64,000 bases of DNA from a virus (IMGVR_UViG_3300028197_000002); one strand, 5' to 3'; positions 20,550-29,761 are shown, counted from the stretch's first letter. The notes: generated from the letters alone by a model not told the origin. Made by a program: numbers and translations.

Positions 20550-20577
20550 AATATAACGATTGCGTTTCATGTTGCAA
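20550..20577 (-). promoter_or_regulatory. sigma70-like promoter for the candidate RNA
   Basis: TTGCAA (20577-20572), 16 nt spacer, TATATT (20555-20550) on the minus strand. Confidence 0.5.
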
Positions 20578-20806
20578 GCCCCTTGTCACAAAAAAACAAG
20601 TATTTCTTTTCTACCTCTAAAAAATAAGGGCTTATGCTTTTATTTCTTTGCAAAAATCTGTTTCAAAGTCTCTTCAAAACTCTAAAACTTTTTCTTTAGT
20701 TCAATCACAAAGGCTATAAATTCAACTTTATTTTTAATATTATTATTAAAAATAAAATAAAGCTTTATTTTTAATACATATTTCCAAAGGAATTTGGAGG
20801 TATTTT

Positions 20807-21652
20807 ATGAAAATAATTATATTTTTAATTGCTCTATTCTTTGCAATTTCACCTTGTTTAGCTGGAACTATAGAACCCGGAGTTCCTGATTCAAAATACT
20901 TAAAGTATGGAGAAAAGCACAATTGCGTACTCCCAATAATGGGACATTACGCCGATTCACTAAACAGATCTTTCAAAGGATCATGTGTATTAATTAGTGA
21001 AAATTATATCTTAACTGCTGCTCATGTGGTTTATGGCTCAATGACTCAGTATGTGGTTTATGAAGGGAAAGCCTATCCACTAAGCATTGTCGCTGTTCAT
21101 GCAGGGTTTGATCCAAAAAAAATGGGAACAAATGATATCGCAATAGGAAGACTGCAAAGGCCAATAAAATTAGATTTTTATCCAGAAATTTATAATAAAA
21201 AAGACGAGAAAGGCAAAGTGTGCAGTATGGCTGGATATGGAAACACAGGAACTTTTGACACTGGTTGGAAGCCAGAAAAATACGATCATAAAAAAAGAGC
21301 TGGATCTAATATGATTTTTAATATCGAAAAAAATTGCTTGTTGACATCAGTAACCGATCCTTCTGGTACCGATCTTGAATTTCTCATAGCTCCCGGAGAT
21401 TCAGGAGGAGGTTTATTCATTGACCAGAAGCTCGCAGGAATCAATTCAGCGGTAATTGCCGCAGACGGCAACCCAAACAGCGATTATGGCGATTTGGGCT
21501 GTCACACGCGTGTCAGTGACTATGTGGAGTGGATCTCAAAAACCCAAGAATTAATTGAAGTTCTTATTGATCTAGAGGAAAAACAAAAAGAAAAGAAGGA
21601 TGAGTTGCCGGAACTACTAAAAAAAGCAATTCGATCTAGAAAAGAAAGTTAA
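20807..21652 (+). CDS. secreted trypsin-like (S1) serine protease
   Basis: Signal peptide; catalytic triad LTAAHV, NDIAI, GDSGGG; SD GGAGG. Confidence 0.92.
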   Translation: MKIIIFLIALFFAISPCLAGTIEPGVPDSKYLKYGEKHNCVLPIMGHYADSLNRSFKGSCVLISENYILTAAHVVYGSMTQYVVYEGKAYPLSIVAVHAGFDPKKMGTNDIAIGRLQRPIKLDFYPEIYNKKDEKGKVCSMAGYGNTGTFDTGWKPEKYDHKKRAGSNMIFNIEKNCLLTSVTDPSGTDLEFLIAPGDSGGGLFIDQKLAGINSAVIAADGNPNSDYGDLGCHTRVSDYVEWISKTQELIEVLIDLEEKQKEKKDELPELLKKAIRSRKES

Positions 21653-21722
21653 TAAATTAAAATTAATTTATTTATTAATAGTAAATATTTTTGGTTAATT
21701 AACAACGAACAAGGAGGTCGTT

Positions 21723-21914
21723 ATGGCTGATAAAGCAAAAGAATTTGATGGGAAAGAGCTTGCTCTTTTATTTACCACAATAATATTGCCGCCACTAGGC
21801 GTTTTTCTTCAAAAGGGAATAAGCGCTCATTTCTGGCTTAATTTAATTTTAACTTTTTTTGGTTTTTGGGTTTGTGGAATTGTTCATGGACTATATGTAC
21901 TACTCAAAAAATAA
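21723..21914 (+). CDS. YqaE/Pmp3 family proteolipid membrane protein
   Basis: ILPPLGVFL...HFWLNLILTFFG...GIVHGLYVL; SD AAGGAGG. Confidence 0.88.
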   Translation: MADKAKEFDGKELALLFTTIILPPLGVFLQKGISAHFWLNLILTFFGFWVCGIVHGLYVLLKK

Positions 21915-21989
21915 TTGAATTAAAACACGTTATTCTCACACTAAATACCAAGTAGTTTCTTATGGACTTCGAAACTCTTGGTATTTTTT

Positions 21990-22631
21990 ATGAATAAATC
22001 TGATGTGAACTGGGTATTCCCCAAGCTTTTTCCTGTTGTTGTTTTGACATTTATTTTAATGATATTTTTATCTTCAAGAATACTCTATGTCGAACACATT
22101 TCATCAAGCTTAAAGGCAACCGAATTTATTGTAAACAAACCATATCTTGTCGTCATTGCTGAAATGGCCGACAAAGAGTCTCTTGAAAAAGCTGTTCAAA
22201 ATAGTGGCTCTAAATTAATTAGCAAAGAATGGAAGGATTTCAATTTAATTCAACCTGATCGTAGGTTGCGATTAAAAGAGTACAGGCTTATTGGAGATTT
22301 GTATTTCAAAGTTTCAACAAATGACAGTAGCTTGGGAAATTTAGTTTTAAATTTTAATCAAAAAGTAAATCTAAATAAAAAAGAATTCAAAATAGAAACT
22401 AAATTAAATAAAGAAAACAAAAAAGTTTTAAAGTATGACAAGTTGATTACAATATCTCCTACTTCCGACAAGATTTTTAATACAGTTAAAATAAAAATAA
22501 CAAGTGAACTAAAAGTAAAAAACGAAATACCTTTTTTTGCAAATAAAATAATGGATGAAAAAGTAAAAAGATCAAATGAATTAGACTTAGAAAAAACTAA
22601 AAATTTCTTACTTGATAAATTAAACAAATAA
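21990..22631 (+). CDS. hypothetical membrane-anchored protein
   Basis: One N-terminal TM segment; ATG 21990 preferred over TTG 21978. Confidence 0.6.
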   Translation: MNKSDVNWVFPKLFPVVVLTFILMIFLSSRILYVEHISSSLKATEFIVNKPYLVVIAEMADKESLEKAVQNSGSKLISKEWKDFNLIQPDRRLRLKEYRLIGDLYFKVSTNDSSLGNLVLNFNQKVNLNKKEFKIETKLNKENKKVLKYDKLITISPTSDKIFNTVKIKITSELKVKNEIPFFANKIMDEKVKRSNELDLEKTKNFLLDKLNK

Positions 22632-22640
22632 ATTAAATAA

Positions 22641-23573
22641 ATGAAGCCTCTTTCAATATGCATGCTATCTCACCCTAGATCTGGTTCCACACGCCTCATA
22701 GATATCATGAGCAGCCATAATACTTGGCGCAAAGGCAACATAATAACAAAACATCCTAATTTTTTTCCTGAAATTAAAAAACGTAAAGGCACGTTGAGTT
22801 TAGGAGAATTTTTTAGACAAGATAGAATTAAAAACTCATTCGCAACAACCTTTAAAAGTTTAAATGTAGTAAAGGAGTCTAAGTCTATTCTTACTGCTAT
22901 GGAATTTTTAAAACTTAAAAAAATACTCAACGAAGATTTTGGAATTAATTTTCTCACCAAAGTTTTTCAAAACCATATACCTTTGGGCTTCTACAATTCG
23001 GCAGTGGACGGGATGCCGAATAAAGAGATGGTGGAAAGTGCATATTTAACCATAGAAGACCTTATTGGATTTAATGAAATTGTTATTTTGAACTATCGAA
23101 ACAATCTATTAGAAACATGCGTAAGTCACATGATGGCCCCCAAAATAAATCATTGGAATGTTCGTGATGACAAAGAAAAGAAAAAATATGACAATAAATA
23201 TAAAAAGACAAAAATATTTTGGAATAAAGAAGGTTTCATATCATACAGCAAAAGAACTAAAAAATTCATTAATACTTTAGAAACAGAACTGAAAAGAAGT
23301 AATAAAAAATATATAAAAATAAATTATGAGGAAATGTCTTCTTGGGAAAATCCTCAAAATGAAATTCAAAATAAATTAAAATCTATAGGCTATGAGGATC
23401 TTTCAACTTACGATTCTCCATGTAGAAAGTTGTCGCCTGTTTTTAATTCAAAAATTTTCAAGAATGAAAAAAATTTTTTAAAGGACTATTCAGAAATCAA
23501 AGAATTTATTTACATGCATCCTCAACTCCCACGCCCTGTGCGAAGATCATCCAACTACAAAACATTATTTTAA
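22641..23573 (+). CDS. sulfotransferase-family protein
   Basis: LSHPRSGSTRL 5'-PAPS loop; ILNYRNNLLETCVS; INYEEM. Confidence 0.7.
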   Translation: MKPLSICMLSHPRSGSTRLIDIMSSHNTWRKGNIITKHPNFFPEIKKRKGTLSLGEFFRQDRIKNSFATTFKSLNVVKESKSILTAMEFLKLKKILNEDFGINFLTKVFQNHIPLGFYNSAVDGMPNKEMVESAYLTIEDLIGFNEIVILNYRNNLLETCVSHMMAPKINHWNVRDDKEKKKYDNKYKKTKIFWNKEGFISYSKRTKKFINTLETELKRSNKKYIKINYEEMSSWENPQNEIQNKLKSIGYEDLSTYDSPCRKLSPVFNSKIFKNEKNFLKDYSEIKEFIYMHPQLPRPVRRSSNYKTLF

Positions 23574-23708
23574 ATTATTTTTCGTGGTCTTTTTTTCTTG
23601 CTTGTCTTTTACGACTTTAGATTTTTTACCAAAAATATCTTCCCAGTTAGCCTCAAATTTCTTTCTACTGACAGAGAAAGGTCGAGAAGTAGATCCTTTG
23701 CCATTCAT
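23565..23708 (-). CDS. small phage protein MNGKGSTSRPFSVSRKKFEANWEDIF (47 aa)
   Basis: Translated by hand (below the ORF-track cutoff); SD GGAG; resembles a recurring GKGS-RP-NWD-IF small phage protein. Confidence 0.65.
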   Translation of the reverse strand: MNGKGSTSRPFSVSRKKFEANWEDIFGKKSKVVKDKQEKKTTKNNLK

Positions 23709-23749
23709 TTTAACTCCAAATAAAAAATTATATTATTTATAATATAGTT

Positions 23750-24250
23750 TTATTTTTTGAATTTTGAATTGTTCCACTCTCCATACAATCTGTAAGCTTT
23801 TTCGGACTCTTTGCTATTTAAATTTCCATCATCCAAATATTTACGAATATCTTTTTCCTCCCATGGACTAGGATCTGTGTAATAGTATTCCCAAGTTTTC
23901 CATCTTACTCTTGTTGAATCTATTTTTTCTATTTCTTTACCTTCTAAATCTGTGTAAGTGAACTTACATATATAAAATTCTTCTCCAAGCAATCCATCTT
24001 CCACCACAGTGAAATTTTCTGGACTATTGTTAAAAGCCCAAACTCTAAACCGACCCCAGTTTTTAACTTGCTGGCAAGTTTTCTCATTGAACTCTGTCGG
24101 GTAAAATATATTTTCTATTGATTTTTGTACTAAATTACTTTTCCAACCAAGCCATTCGGCATTGCAAATAACACCAATAGATAATCCAATAAAAATTAGA
24201 AAAAATTGATAAAATAATGTTCTGCACACTGTTTTAAGTATAATCATCAT
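23750..24250 (-). CDS. hypothetical membrane-anchored protein
   Basis: 166 aa ORF with an N-terminal TM segment. Confidence 0.7.
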   Translation of the reverse strand: MMIILKTVCRTLFYQFFLIFIGLSIGVICNAEWLGWKSNLVQKSIENIFYPTEFNEKTCQQVKNWGRFRVWAFNNSPENFTVVEDGLLGEEFYICKFTYTDLEGKEIEKIDSTRVRWKTWEYYYTDPSPWEEKDIRKYLDDGNLNSKESEKAYRLYGEWNNSKFKK

Positions 24251-24303
24251 CGTCCCCTATATTAAAATAAATTATATTAATATATATTAATTAAAAATCA
24301 AAT

Positions 24304-25155
24304 ATGTATGAACTTGTTATATGTGTAATAATAAAAGATGAATTAGATATAGATGAATGGATTTTTTACCATCAAGAAATAGGCTTTGATCACATATACA
24401 TTTATGATAATAATGATACTCCCGTGAACTTGGAGCATCATGATAACTTAACTCATATTCATTTTCCCGGCGAAGTTCAACAATTCAATGCTTATTCTAA
24501 TTGGATTGAAAATTATAAATATGAATCTGAATACGTTTGCGTAATTGACGCAGATGAATATGTTGTTTTCAATTCGAACTACGACTCTGTCAAAGAAGTT
24601 TTAAAACAGCTTCCAGAAGATCACAATTCACTAATATTAAATGGCAAGTTATTCGTCAATGAAAATGAAAAAAGAGAACAAGGATTGATTTTAGAAAAAA
24701 GTTTAACTTGGCAAAAGTTTTTGTATAGAGAAAAATGGAAAGATGATCCTTTTTTAATTAATTATTCAAAGTCTGTGAAGACGCTTTCTAAAACAAATTT
24801 AATTAAAGAAATTGACAATCCACACACATTTAAGTATTATACAAGTCAGAAAAGCTACGCAGGTGATTTAGTGTCCGAATGTGTCGTTGAAAACTTTTCG
24901 TATTACTTAAAAGAAGAACCACAAATTTGGATTAATCACTATTATATAAAGAGCCTTTCTGAATTTCGTCATAAGTGTTTAGTTCGAGGCAGAGCTACTA
25001 CTAATGAAAAAAGAAATCTCAAAAAAGAACTTAATGGAAGCACTGTGCGGTACAACCCAAATTCTATTTTTGACTCTGAGCCTACTGAAATAGTTTTATG
25101 GAAAAATAAAGTAAAGGAAAGAATAAATGAAGTTGTCGAATCAAGAAATTATTAA
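24304..25155 (+). CDS. glycosyltransferase, GT92/GT2-like
   Basis: IKDELDIDEWIFYHQEIGFDHIYIYDNN, IDADEY, INHYYIKSLSEF..K..RG. Confidence 0.82.
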   Translation: MYELVICVIIKDELDIDEWIFYHQEIGFDHIYIYDNNDTPVNLEHHDNLTHIHFPGEVQQFNAYSNWIENYKYESEYVCVIDADEYVVFNSNYDSVKEVLKQLPEDHNSLILNGKLFVNENEKREQGLILEKSLTWQKFLYREKWKDDPFLINYSKSVKTLSKTNLIKEIDNPHTFKYYTSQKSYAGDLVSECVVENFSYYLKEEPQIWINHYYIKSLSEFRHKCLVRGRATTNEKRNLKKELNGSTVRYNPNSIFDSEPTEIVLWKNKVKERINEVVESRNY

Positions 25156-25486
25156 TTGTGTTGTTGGCCTAAATCAATTGGCCCAAAAAGAATTCCCTTT
25201 AGCAACAGCTTTTAAGGTGGAGAATTTAAGAAAAGCTTTAGAGCCTTTTGCTGTAAGTGCAACAAAATTAATTGATGACATTAAAAGAGAACATGCAATT
25301 TCTATAAAGGGAAGCAAAGTAGAGTTTCGGCCAGAAGATGTAGAGTTAATCAATGAAAAGATTAATGAAATTGCCAATTCCACTAAAGACTTTGATGATA
25401 ATCTCAAAATACCAATATCCAGCATCCCCACAGAATCAGAAATATCCCCAAATGTAATTAAGCTTGTTTGGGAGGTTTTAGAATAG
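25127..25486 (+). CDS. hypothetical protein
   Basis: 119 aa ORF in an operon. Confidence 0.7.
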   Translation: MKLSNQEIINCVVGLNQLAQKEFPLATAFKVENLRKALEPFAVSATKLIDDIKREHAISIKGSKVEFRPEDVELINEKINEIANSTKDFDDNLKIPISSIPTESEISPNVIKLVWEVLE

Positions 25487-25878
25487 TGCTCTCCTTAGCA
25501 GAATATAAAAATTCTAAGAACATAAATTATTTAATTGCCAAGCTATTTGAATCAAGGCAAGTTTCTCATAATGTTCACTTGCAAACAAAAAGCTACAGTG
25601 AGCACAAAGCTTTAAATGAATTCTACGATGAGATTTTAGAATTTACTGATACGCTTGTCGAGTCCTATCAAGGGCAATATGGGATAGTAAAAGGATACGA
25701 GAAATTAATTCAAATAGAACCTGTCGAGGATATAGTTGAATATCTTAATGATTGTGTGAAAATGTTTGAAATAAGCAAAAAGTCTATTAACGAAAATGAT
25801 TCGCATATTAAAAATATCATGGAAGAAATAATATCATTGACATACAAAACTTTGTATAAACTAAAAAACTTGAAATGA
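25486..25878 (+). CDS. ferritin-like four-helix protein (DUF5856-like)
   Basis: HNVHLQTKSYSEHKALNEFYD...LVESYQGQYG; GTG start at 25486 with GGAGG SD. Confidence 0.75.
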   Translation: MLSLAEYKNSKNINYLIAKLFESRQVSHNVHLQTKSYSEHKALNEFYDEILEFTDTLVESYQGQYGIVKGYEKLIQIEPVEDIVEYLNDCVKMFEISKKSINENDSHIKNIMEEIISLTYKTLYKLKNLK

Positions 25879-26246
25879 AGCCAGAATTTACTAAGCCAAA
25901 AATAGTCGAAAAATCATGGGGTAGAGAATTGTGGATTCGAAATACCTCCAGTTATTGTGGCAAAATTCTTGAGTTCGATAAAGATAAGCATTTTTCTATG
26001 CATTATCATCTTAAAAAAGAAGAAACTTGGTTTGTTTTGAATGGAAGTTTTTTAATGGAATATTTCGATCTTGAAAAAGCTATTAGAAAAAACAAACAAA
26101 TAAAAAAAGGAGACGTAGTTCATCTGCGGATGGGAGTGTTGCATAAACTTACCGCCTTAGAAGATGGAAAGATTATGGAAGTATCGACAGAACACTTTGA
26201 TAGCGATAGCTACAGAGTAGAGCCATCATATTTGGTGAAAATGTAG
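25875..26246 (+). CDS. cupin-domain protein (sugar isomerase-like)
   Basis: KSWGRELW, SMHYHLKKEETW, GVLHKL, EVST. Confidence 0.82.
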   Translation: MKPEFTKPKIVEKSWGRELWIRNTSSYCGKILEFDKDKHFSMHYHLKKEETWFVLNGSFLMEYFDLEKAIRKNKQIKKGDVVHLRMGVLHKLTALEDGKIMEVSTEHFDSDSYRVEPSYLVKM

Positions 26247-26320
26247 AATGAAAATTTATAAATTTAATTTCATAAACAATATATACTTCTGTAATGAAAC
26301 TTTAACATAGGAGGTTTATA

Positions 26321-26557
26321 ATGGCTTCATTTACACTTGATTTAGTAGGTGCTCCACGTAACATGGCTAGTGAGGGTGGACTTGACACATCAATTAATTA
26401 TTCTGGTGTCTCTCTACAAAGAACTGGTTACATCGAAACTGTTGACGCTAATGGAAACAGAAAGATGAACGTAAGAGTAGCTGACGGCGCAACTTTCACA
26501 GACGTTGCTCAAGCTCTCACAGATCTTACCAATGCTGGTCACAATTTCATTGTCTAA
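26321..26557 (+). CDS. small protein paralog 1 (MASFTLDL family)
   Basis: AGGAGG SD; 78 aa. Confidence 0.88.
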   Translation: MASFTLDLVGAPRNMASEGGLDTSINYSGVSLQRTGYIETVDANGNRKMNVRVADGATFTDVAQALTDLTNAGHNFIV

Positions 26558-26597
26558 TTTTAGACATATATTATAATTTTATTTTATCATTATAATA

Positions 26598-26629
26598 GCA
26601 AGCCTCGCCTTTTGGCGGGGCTTGTTTTA
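26598..26629 (+). terminator. intrinsic terminator after paralog 1
   Basis: gcaagcctcgcc TTTT ggcggggcttgt followed by T residues. Confidence 0.85.
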
Positions 26630-26714
26630 TGTAGAATGGAAATTTCTAAATCCAATTTCATTTTTCATAACAGTATATAATTTTGTAATGAAACTTTAAC
26701 ATAGGAGGTTTATA

Positions 26715-26993
26715 ATGGCTTCATTTACACTTGATTTAATAGGTGCTCCACTTAACATGGCTAGTGAGGGTGGACTTGACACAACGCTCGTTAATTTTGG
26801 CGATGATTCTGCGCAAAGAACTGGCTACATCGAAACTGTTGACGCTAATGGAAACAGAAAGATGAACGTAAAAATAGCTCCTCAAGTTCATGAATGGGCG
26901 TTTCAGTCCCTTAATTTTACAGACGTTCCTCAAACTCTCACAGATCTTACCAATGGTAATGTCCGTGGTCACAATTTCATTGTCGGAGCATAA
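26715..26993 (+). CDS. small protein paralog 2 with loop insertions
   Basis: AGGAGG SD; 92 aa. Confidence 0.88.
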   Translation: MASFTLDLIGAPLNMASEGGLDTTLVNFGDDSAQRTGYIETVDANGNRKMNVKIAPQVHEWAFQSLNFTDVPQTLTDLTNGNVRGHNFIVGA

Positions 26994-27092
26994 TTTTAAC
27001 AGTCTAGTTTTAGACATATATTATAATTTTATTTTATCATTATAATAACAGTATATAATTCTGTAATGAAACTTTAACATAGGAGGTTTATA

Positions 27093-27335
27093 ATGGCTTC
27101 ATTCACACTTGATTTAGTAGGTGCTCCACTTAACATAGCTAGCGAGGGTGGACTTGACACATCAATTAGTTATTCTGGGGTCTCTCTACAAAGAACTGGT
27201 TACATCGAAACTGTTGACGCTAATGGAAACAGAAAGATGAATGTAAGAACGCCTGATGGTGCAACTTTTACAGATGTAGCTCAAACAATCGACATGCTTA
27301 CCAATGCAGGTCACAATTTCATTGTCGGAGCGTAA
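27093..27335 (+). CDS. small protein paralog 3
   Basis: AGGAGG SD; 80 aa. Confidence 0.88.
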   Translation: MASFTLDLVGAPLNIASEGGLDTSISYSGVSLQRTGYIETVDANGNRKMNVRTPDGATFTDVAQTIDMLTNAGHNFIVGA

Positions 27336-27389
27336 TTTTAACGGTCTAATTTTAGACATATATTATAATTTTATTTTATCATTATAATA

Positions 27390-27419
27390 GCAAGCCTCGT
27401 CTTTTGACGGGGCTTGTTT
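27390..27419 (+). terminator. intrinsic terminator after paralog 3
   Basis: gcaagcctcgtc TTTT gacggggcttgt; compensatory C-G to T-A change relative to the 26598 copy. Confidence 0.85.
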
Positions 27420-27436
27420 CATACAAAAGGAAAAAC

Positions 27437-27931
27437 ATGAAAACTTTTTTTAAAATCAATTACATGACAATTGGAGTGACTATTCTTTTACTTTTGGGAA
27501 TTGCTTCTTATGAGATGGGAATTGGTCAATCAAATAAAGTTTATGAAATAAACAAAGGAACAGTTTTTCAATTAAGAAAAAGCGTTCACTTGAAATCAGG
27601 CAGATGCACTTGGAATAAAAAAGGAGATTCTTTATATGGAATATATTATTCATCAAGACACCTATTGCCTTCTTACGTTTCAAGTAAAACAAATTGGGAA
27701 GTTTTATGGATAACAAAAAAAAGTGTCATTCTTCCGGGACTAACTAGAACCAATAAAGAAATAGATACAACTATTTTATGTCAAAATAAGGAAGATGAAA
27801 TGTACATAGTTGCGACTCATGGAAAAGATCTTAAAATTACATACAAGGACAGAGAAGTTTGTTACGAGGGAAAAGCTGAAAAAATAAGCTTAGAAGATTT
27901 AAATAAAATATTAAAAGTCATACAACCCTAA
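27437..27931 (+). CDS. hypothetical exported protein
   Basis: N-terminal hydrophobic segment; ATG 27437 preferred because TTG 27404 lies in the terminator. Confidence 0.6.
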   Translation: MKTFFKINYMTIGVTILLLLGIASYEMGIGQSNKVYEINKGTVFQLRKSVHLKSGRCTWNKKGDSLYGIYYSSRHLLPSYVSSKTNWEVLWITKKSVILPGLTRTNKEIDTTILCQNKEDEMYIVATHGKDLKITYKDREVCYEGKAEKISLEDLNKILKVIQP

Positions 27932-29761
27932 ATTGATTCTATCTTGGATTTGTTTTGGATGTAAGCCTTTAAATTTTTTCCATCCGCCTTGCCCAAAAGG
28001 ATGAGTTTCTTTAATTGAATAAGGATCTTCTCTCCATTTTAAAAAAACTTCATCAACATAATTATGTTTGTAATTTCCTGTTTGGTATTTGTAATACTCT
28101 TGTTTTTGAATTATTTTTTCAAAAGGCCTTACCCAAGAGTAATGATAAAAAAGTTTATCATTACTCTCGCATGTTGGAACTAAATTTTTTATCATTTGTC
28201 CTTTGCAAGTAACAAACAAATGATTGCCTCCATCATATCCGTACCCTTCTCTCCATTTAACAACTCTTTCTGCTGCAAATTGATCCCAATATCCTGTCGC
28301 TTGAGTATTTATATTATTCCAAAATGTCCAATGATTTAAATATAAACATTCATATTTTTTCATCAAATTCACTACTTCCCAAATCTGGTTAGGCTTGTAT
28401 ACCTCATCTCCATCCATTAGCCACATCCAATCCCCGGGTTTTAGGAAATCACAATAAGACCTTCTCATTTCAGCTTTGTTCTTCCAAAGCCTATTTGGAG
28501 GAGGTATTACCTTTCCTCCAAATTTTTCAACCATTGAATAGGCTATTTCCATTGTAGAATCATTTGGCAATCCTTTATCATTACACATTTTAGCTTTATG
28601 TGCGTATTCATTTCCTCCAACAACAATTATCCATTCATCAACGACAGAGGACAAACTCTCTACAGAAGGCTGTAAAAACTCTTCTTCATTACAAGCTATA
28701 ATACATCCAACCACTTTTCCATCTATATTTTTTTTAATATCACAGTGAGGAGGATTGTTCCTTTTTGAAGCAACTAAATTGTCAATTCTGCCTGTTTCTA
28801 TCCACCTAGAACTAAAATAATTAATGTTATGTTGCATAAAGCGATGACCGCCTGATCTGCTATGTCCTGACTCATGAGTAATGACCGAGTTCGGCTGGTA
28901 CATTATTTCATACCCTTCAGATCTGACTTTTAAACAAAGATCAGAATCTTCCCAATATCCAATTAAAAAGTTTTCGTCAAATCCTTCTAGGTCATAAAAC
29001 AAATTGTGTAGAATAGCAAAGCAGCATCCTGTGACCATCTCTCTCTTTTCGAGATTGTCTATATCGCTAGGAATATCTTTTATTCCAAAAGGACGCATTA
29101 TCATTTTTTGATGGTAAGAATTTCTTCCTATATGCAAAAAGCTTTTTGTTTCCCAACTCCATTCAGATCCAGCTGAGTCTAGCTGGTCTCTTCTTATTTG
29201 TTTATTCCCTACAATTCCAATGTTATCGCCAGAAGAAAAAACATCTACCATAGGCTTTATCCAATTTTTTGTAAGTTCACAGTCAGCATTTAAAAAAATT
29301 AAATACTTTCCTCTTGCGTATAAAGAGCCTATGTTGCAAGCTTTTCCATAACCACAGTTAGTACTATTTCTAATTACTTTTATGTTTTCTGAATTTTCTT
29401 TTTTATTCCAAGATTGAATTACCTTAGAGTAAGATTCATTTGGACAAAGGTCATCAACATAAATAATTTCTTTGCTTATGTTGTCATCTGTACAAGTCCA
29501 ACTTTCAATTTGTTTTTGTATCACCTTGTCGGAAGTATAAAGAGGCACAATGACAGAGACATCTATCTCCAAGTCAATAGAGTCTTTAAAGTTGCAATAA
29601 ACTAACTTGTGAGAATTGTTTGGAGAAGCTAACTTTGAAAAATTAGCTTTTAAGACTTTAGGTTTAGAAAAAGAATCGTTTGAGCTATGTCTTCTCAAAC
29701 GATTCGAATTTATTATTTTCTTTTCTTGTATTTTGCGAATTTGCTCTAAAGAAAGTCTCAT
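27911..29761 (-). CDS. two-domain glycosyltransferase family 2
   Basis: VSVIVPLY, YVDD, IFLNADC, GFDENFLIGYWEDSDLC; second domain CIIACNEE, MDGDE. Confidence 0.9.
   Translation of the reverse strand: MRLSLEQIRKIQEKKIINSNRLRRHSSNDSFSKPKVLKANFSKLASPNNSHKLVYCNFKDSIDLEIDVSVIVPLYTSDKVIQKQIESWTCTDDNISKEIIYVDDLCPNESYSKVIQSWNKKENSENIKVIRNSTNCGYGKACNIGSLYARGKYLIFLNADCELTKNWIKPMVDVFSSGDNIGIVGNKQIRRDQLDSAGSEWSWETKSFLHIGRNSYHQKMIMRPFGIKDIPSDIDNLEKREMVTGCCFAILHNLFYDLEGFDENFLIGYWEDSDLCLKVRSEGYEIMYQPNSVITHESGHSRSGGHRFMQHNINYFSSRWIETGRIDNLVASKRNNPPHCDIKKNIDGKVVGCIIACNEEEFLQPSVESLSSVVDEWIIVVGGNEYAHKAKMCNDKGLPNDSTMEIAYSMVEKFGGKVIPPPNRLWKNKAEMRRSYCDFLKPGDWMWLMDGDEVYKPNQIWEVVNLMKKYECLYLNHWTFWNNINTQATGYWDQFAAERVVKWREGYGYDGGNHLFVTCKGQMIKNLVPTCESNDKLFYHYSWVRPFEKIIQKQEYYKYQTGNYKHNYVDEVFLKWREDPYSIKETHPFGQGGWKKFKGLHPKQIQDRINLGLYDF

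Larger units (their letters stand above)
26243..27420 (+). repeat. tandem triplication of a promoter-gene-3'UTR cassette
   Basis: Three near-identical blocks gtaatgaaactttaacataggaggtttataatggcttcatt and shared 3' blocks ttttagacatatattataattttattttatcattataata. Confidence 0.95.

Noticed and set aside
19605-20620. Plus-strand ORFs 19605-19937, 19968-20174 and 20393-20620
   Set aside because: No SD or recognisable motifs and atypical composition; they lie antisense to the candidate RNA
26321-27335. Diversity-generating retroelement (TR/VR) suggested by the paralogs and Mtd_N fibres
   Set aside because: Differences are not adenine-specific and include indels; there is no reverse transcriptase in the window
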